A program made the translations under genes and the position numbers. The notes under the pieces were generated by a model, which saw only the letters and a list, made by a program, of their open reading frames with translations, ran no database searches and was not told where the DNA came from. A stretch of 62,934 nucleotides of DNA, filler included, from Olpidium bornovanus S191 (Eukaryota; Fungi; Olpidiomycota), in NCBI GenBank assembly GCA_017911155.1. It is 29 parts of 29 records of this genome, joined end to end, with 100 filler letters (N's around TTAATTAATTAA, not from the genome) between each part and the next. Parts side by side here need not be neighbours in the genome. Positions count along the whole stretch, not along the records: positions 58,211 to 59,931 come from JAEFCI010008059.1; positions 60,032 to 61,381 come from JAEFCI010006318.1; positions 61,482 to 62,934 come from JAEFCI010004465.1; 26 more parts are not named here. One strand, given 5' to 3'. This document shows positions 58,869-62,934 of this stretch, piece after piece; the first letter of the stretch is position 1; each line of letters begins with the position of its first letter.

Positions 58869-59799
58869 GTGCCGGGCAAAATACAACAGATCGTGTGCAC
58901 CGGAAACATCTGCGACAAGGCCACGTTCGAGTACTTGCGGACGATAGCCTCCGACATACACGTCGTCAAAGGCGACTACGACGAGGTGAAGGACGGATCT
59001 CACGTCGACTTTTTTTTTGTTTTTCCCCGGCCCGGGCCGGACATTTTCCTTTTTGCATTATTGTACGCCCGCTAAAAACCCGGTTCCTCTTTGGCAAAAC
59101 TTTTTTTGCCCGCCTTTCCGCTTTGCTGGGTGGGTGATAACAACCCCAGGCGCCGTACCCGAACTCCAAGGTGACCACGGTGGACTCGGTCCGGATCGGC
59201 GCGGTGCACGGGCACCAGGTCATACCCTGGGGCGACGCCGAGGCGCTCTCGATAGCCGCCCGGCAGTTGGACGTCGACGTCCTGGTCACGGGCCACACGC
59301 ACGCGTTTTCTGCGTACGAGCGGGACGGGAAGTTCTTTGTGAACCCCGGCAGCGCCACCGGCGCGTTCAGCAATTTCACCAGGTGCGTGCGCACGTAGTA
59401 GTTATTTTTCCCACCCCAACCTCCAGTTACCTTCGCCCGCGCCGCTTTGACGTTTGACTCTGATTTCTTTTTGTATTTGCTCCCCCCGAGTGCAGTGACG
59501 TTACGCCTTCGTTCGTACTCATGGACGTGCAAGGTGACAACATCGTCACGTACGTTTACCGATTAGTCGACGGCGAGGTGAAAGTCGAGAAGCTTGAGTA
59601 CAGAAAGGTTGGTTGCATTGGTGCTGTGCGAGTTACGTCCCTGGACTTCTGGCGGAGCGCGCATGCCGCTCTTTGTGCTGACGCTCGTTTCTCTGTTTCT
59701 TTCATTCGTCTCCCCGGATTTACTTTTCCTCCTCCTGTTTCCCCCATTCCTCACCCGCTGTTAGCCTGCGGCCGCCTGAGTCAGCCTCAGTGCATGTAA
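58869..59799 (+). CDS. VPS29: Retromer subunit VPS29; first exon(s) not found; 3' end approximate
   Basis: [39 protein letters not shown]; [36 protein letters not shown]...[11 protein letters not shown]; [34 protein letters not shown]. Confidence 0.97.
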
Positions 59800-60145
59800 A
59801 AGCATCCCCACATGACTTCAATATTCCGCTGTCTTCCCCCTTCTCAGTAACAAGGCGCCATCCGCCACGCGCCTCTTTGAGCCGTAAACAGTCGGTCCTC
59901 CACTATATCATAATATACGACAATATTTGCCNNNNNNNNNNNNNNNNNNNNNNNNNNNNNNNNNNNNNNNNNNNNTTAATTAATTAANNNNNNNNNNNNN
60001 NNNNNNNNNNNNNNNNNNNNNNNNNNNNNNNCATGTTCGATTTGTCGGCAATGCGACAGGTGAACGCGACACTCCGTCGCACTCGCCTTTACAGTGTAAA
60101 AAGCCGTCCGCTCACGCTCCAGCCAAACCATTCCGGAGACACAGG

Positions 60146-61381
60146 ATGAATGGGGGTGCAACTGCCTCGGTCGCTTCGAAATCAAGCACTAACAAACAAT
60201 TTCCGTCGTCTCAGGGGAGTCCACGGCGAATCACTACATTGCCATCCAGCCAGCTACCTCTCAAGGCGTCAAAGTATTTGTCACTGCTCTTTGATTCGAT
60301 GAACCGGCAGGTGGTATCCGGATCGCCAAAAAAGCTGCGAATTACAGTCACGGAAGTGAAGCCGACGAAAACTGCGAAGCATGCGACGCAGATGGAAAGG
60401 GAGGCGGAACGCGGTACGACGCTGCGGATCTCGCAATCACGTAGCGCCAAACCAAACTCTACTGGCGATTCTAGTAGCCTGCCGCACGAAGATCGCCCCG
60501 CTCAGCGATCCCCGGGATCAATAGTGGAATCAACACACATCAATCAGGCGCAGCGGGAAACGAGGCCAGAGCCGTTCTCGTCTCTGGCGCCCTACGACCC
60601 CGTGCTATCCAACGGGCGGAATCCGCTGCAGAACGCACTGCCCCGAATGGACAGAAGACATAACGGCGAGTTTGTTCCGCGTTACCCGCATTTCCCACAC
60701 CTGCCATTTCTTCAGAACCTTTGGCGATTCCTACGATACTCGACCGCCGCGTACGGGCCGGCCCTCATGTCACTGGTTGGTGTTGGGCAAGTTGAAGACT
60801 TGTTGCACCTTCCTTCGGGGAATTGCTCGCCGCACTTCTCCGGTTGTGGCGCGTTCGGGCATCATCCCAATCATCACGCGTTGGCGCGCCATACTAAGCT
60901 CCCAGTAGCTTCGATCCTTCTTTCGAGTTTCTCTTCGCCCGGTTGCGCTGATGAGGCAGAGAACCCCGGCAGAAGTGATGTCGGCGATACGAGCTCGCGA
61001 AGCAGCGGGAGCAGCAACGGATCTGGCTCTACCAACAAAGCCCCCCCGAACCCGGCGACTACACCACTGCTCTCTCCGCCGAAGATGCACACACTCGTCC
61101 ATTACGTCGTCGTCGACCACATGGCGAAAGCGATTGTACTCACATGCCGGGGCACGCTAGGCCTTTCGGACATCCTAACCGACGTGACGTGCCAGTACGA
61201 GGAGTTGAATATACAAGGGGAGAAATATCGAGTCCATGCCGGGTTTCTGCGCTCCGCGCGCATGCTGGGCCGGCCTGGAGGCGAGGCTTTGAGGACGCTC
61301 CGGCGGGCTTTGGAGGAATACGAGGGGTACGGGCTGATACTGACCGGGCATTCTCTCGGGGGCGCCGTCGCGGCCATTCTC
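60146..61381 (+). CDS. Class-3 lipase (DAG-lipase-like), 3'-truncated
   Basis: LRYSTAAYG; HYVVVDHMAKAIVLTCRGTLGLSDILTD; VHAGFLRSA; nucleophile motif LTGHSLGG. Confidence 0.9.
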
Positions 61382-62934
61382 NNNNNNNNNNNNNNNNNNN
61401 NNNNNNNNNNNNNNNNNNNNNNNNNTTAATTAATTAANNNNNNNNNNNNNNNNNNNNNNNNNNNNNNNNNNNNNNNNNNNNAGGTGCAGAACGCCGAAGT
61501 AGAGGGTGCATCGAATTCTCTCTCCATTCAGCGCGGTTGGACCATTGCACCAATTTGCCTATATCACCCAGGGACTTATGCTTACATTTTACGATAACCA
61601 TGCCATCCCGTTACAGCGGTGAATCTTATTTTAATCGGGAACTCAAATACAGGCATTACAGGCTATGGATTCAATATTTATGCTCGGTCTTTTGGGTGTG
61701 CCAAGGGCGCTGCCGTCCAAACGCGGTAGGACTTTTTTTTTACTTTTTTTTTGTCTTCTTTCGCCCCTTTGGCTGGTGCGTCGGGTCTATGATTGGAAGT
61801 TTCTCCAAAAAATAAATAAATAAATAAATAAACAAAGCAAAAACGCGCTTGTCGCCCAAAATGAAGATCGGGGTTTTGGGGTCAGAAAGGCGTGCGCACT
61901 TTCCACCCTCCAACGCCACCCCTCCGCCCCCTTCCTGACACAGGCAGGTTCGCCTCGGGAGTGTCTCGGGGGGATTTTTTTTTCCCCCACCCCCGCGAAC
62001 TCTCAGCATGCGGGCTTGATCGGCACAGGATGCCAGGCAAGGCATCTTGTCATTGGCGGCGAAACAGGTGTTTACGTTGAGCTCGTCGCGGAAGGCGAGG
62101 GAACAGGGCACAGGTAGCAGCTTGGTTCAGGACAGCATTAGTGTCACTGGCCGACAGTCTGCACTGCCATGAACCGCAGTGCGACAGCCTCGCGGGTGCG
62201 CCGGCCGGCCGGCGCACCCCCTTCGGTGAAGGACATGCCCAAAGGGCCGGCCCTGGTGCAGTTTACCACGTTGGGCGGTCGAGAGGTCCCCGCGCGCCCC
62301 GCGCGGAGCAGGAACAGCGCACACGGCGCACGCGACGTCGATGGGCGAGAGGGGCCCTTCTGCCGGCATCTTCGTGCGTGGTGCGGGCCGCCCGAAAAGG
62401 CGACTGATACGGGGGTTGAAGCAATGCTTGTCGTGCTCGGCACCGACGGGTAGCATTGTGACGGTACCCGTCGGCGGGCGCGTACCAGTGCCTACGGTCC
62501 TTGTCGCAGCACAGCAGCATTCGCGCTGCCTCCGCCGGAGTAAAACTACCCGAACGACACGAGCGGTGGACACCAACAGTAAGCGCGACTTCTATTGAAA
62601 ATTAGAGATACTATTTTTGCCAGTCTAAACACCATAATAGGTTGGTCCTCAGATTTGTGTGCGGGTGGGCAGCGTCATTCACCCTTCGAACAGCATTCAC
62701 TTGTCGGATTCGCCCCCTTTTGCTGCTACAGGGGCAGGCCGTACAACTTCGGGCTCTGCAGAGCGCGTCCACGTAAGACGCGTGCCCGTATCTCCCTGCA
62801 AAATCGGAAAAAGCATGACGCGCGAGTCATCCCGCAGTAAGCCCAGGGGACGCGTCCAAATGCGCGTACTGCGCTGTGTTCCAACAAGCAGTTGATGACC
62901 GGGGGAATGTTTGTGAATCAAGGCTGATTCTGCC

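Larger units (their letters stand above)
2520..61481. other. 28 artificial 100-bp contig-joining spacers (44 N, TTAATTAATTAA, 44 N); first at 2520-2619, last at 61382-61481
   Basis: An identical N-flanked motif with stops in all six frames recurs 28 times, and genes are truncated at these points. Confidence 0.99.

Noticed and set aside
2520-61481. TTAATTAATTAA as a biological motif, and ORFs ending in X...LIN or X...N
   Set aside because: This is a synthetic six-frame-stop linker, and those ORF ends are translation artifacts.
61482-62934. Exon-like stretches (VNLILIGNSNTGITGYGFNIYARSF and minus-strand Cys-rich ORFs)
   Set aside because: No coherent gene model or recognisable domain.
1-62934. 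tRNA, rRNA or snRNA genes, telomere arrays, and bacterial or viral inserts
   Set aside because: By eye I saw no cloverleaf or T-loop, rRNA, or tandem TTAGGG-type signatures. All identifiable genes are eukaryotic and most are spliced. A covariance-model scan was not possible.

Overview
This window is not one continuous locus. It is 29 short eukaryotic contigs (about 1.0-4.8 kb each) joined by 28 identical 100-bp artificial spacers (44 N + TTAATTAATTAA + 44 N), so adjacency across spacers has no biological meaning. The DNA is GC-rich, intron-rich fungal genomic sequence with many long homopolymer runs. Recognisable, mostly truncated, spliced genes include ATP5/OSCP, Raptor/KOG1, ARPC2, a large intronless PPR protein, CEP41, CCT3, a STE11 MAPKKK, a Mucorales-type CotH kinase, DBP9, eIF3c, a RalGAP-alpha-like protein, an axonemal dynein heavy chain, striatin, CCT5, a PA-TM-RING E3 ligase, VPS29 and a class-3 lipase. 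Decayed Ty3/gypsy, Ty1/copia and DNA-transposon relics and several small repeats are also present. Flagellar genes (CEP41, axonemal dynein) together with fungal genes suggest a zoosporic early-diverging fungus (Olpidium/chytrid-like); this is an inference. I found no multi-gene novel system that the sequence can support. The best leads are single genes or patterns: a mucin-repeat CHRD-domain protein lacking the usual histidines, a possible SPO16/SCRE-like meiotic gene, the RalGAP-alpha homolog, CotH, a copia gag resembling plant elements, a GC-AG intron in ATP5, and a strong excess of CATG at contig ends. All family assignments come from motifs recalled from memory, not from database searches.
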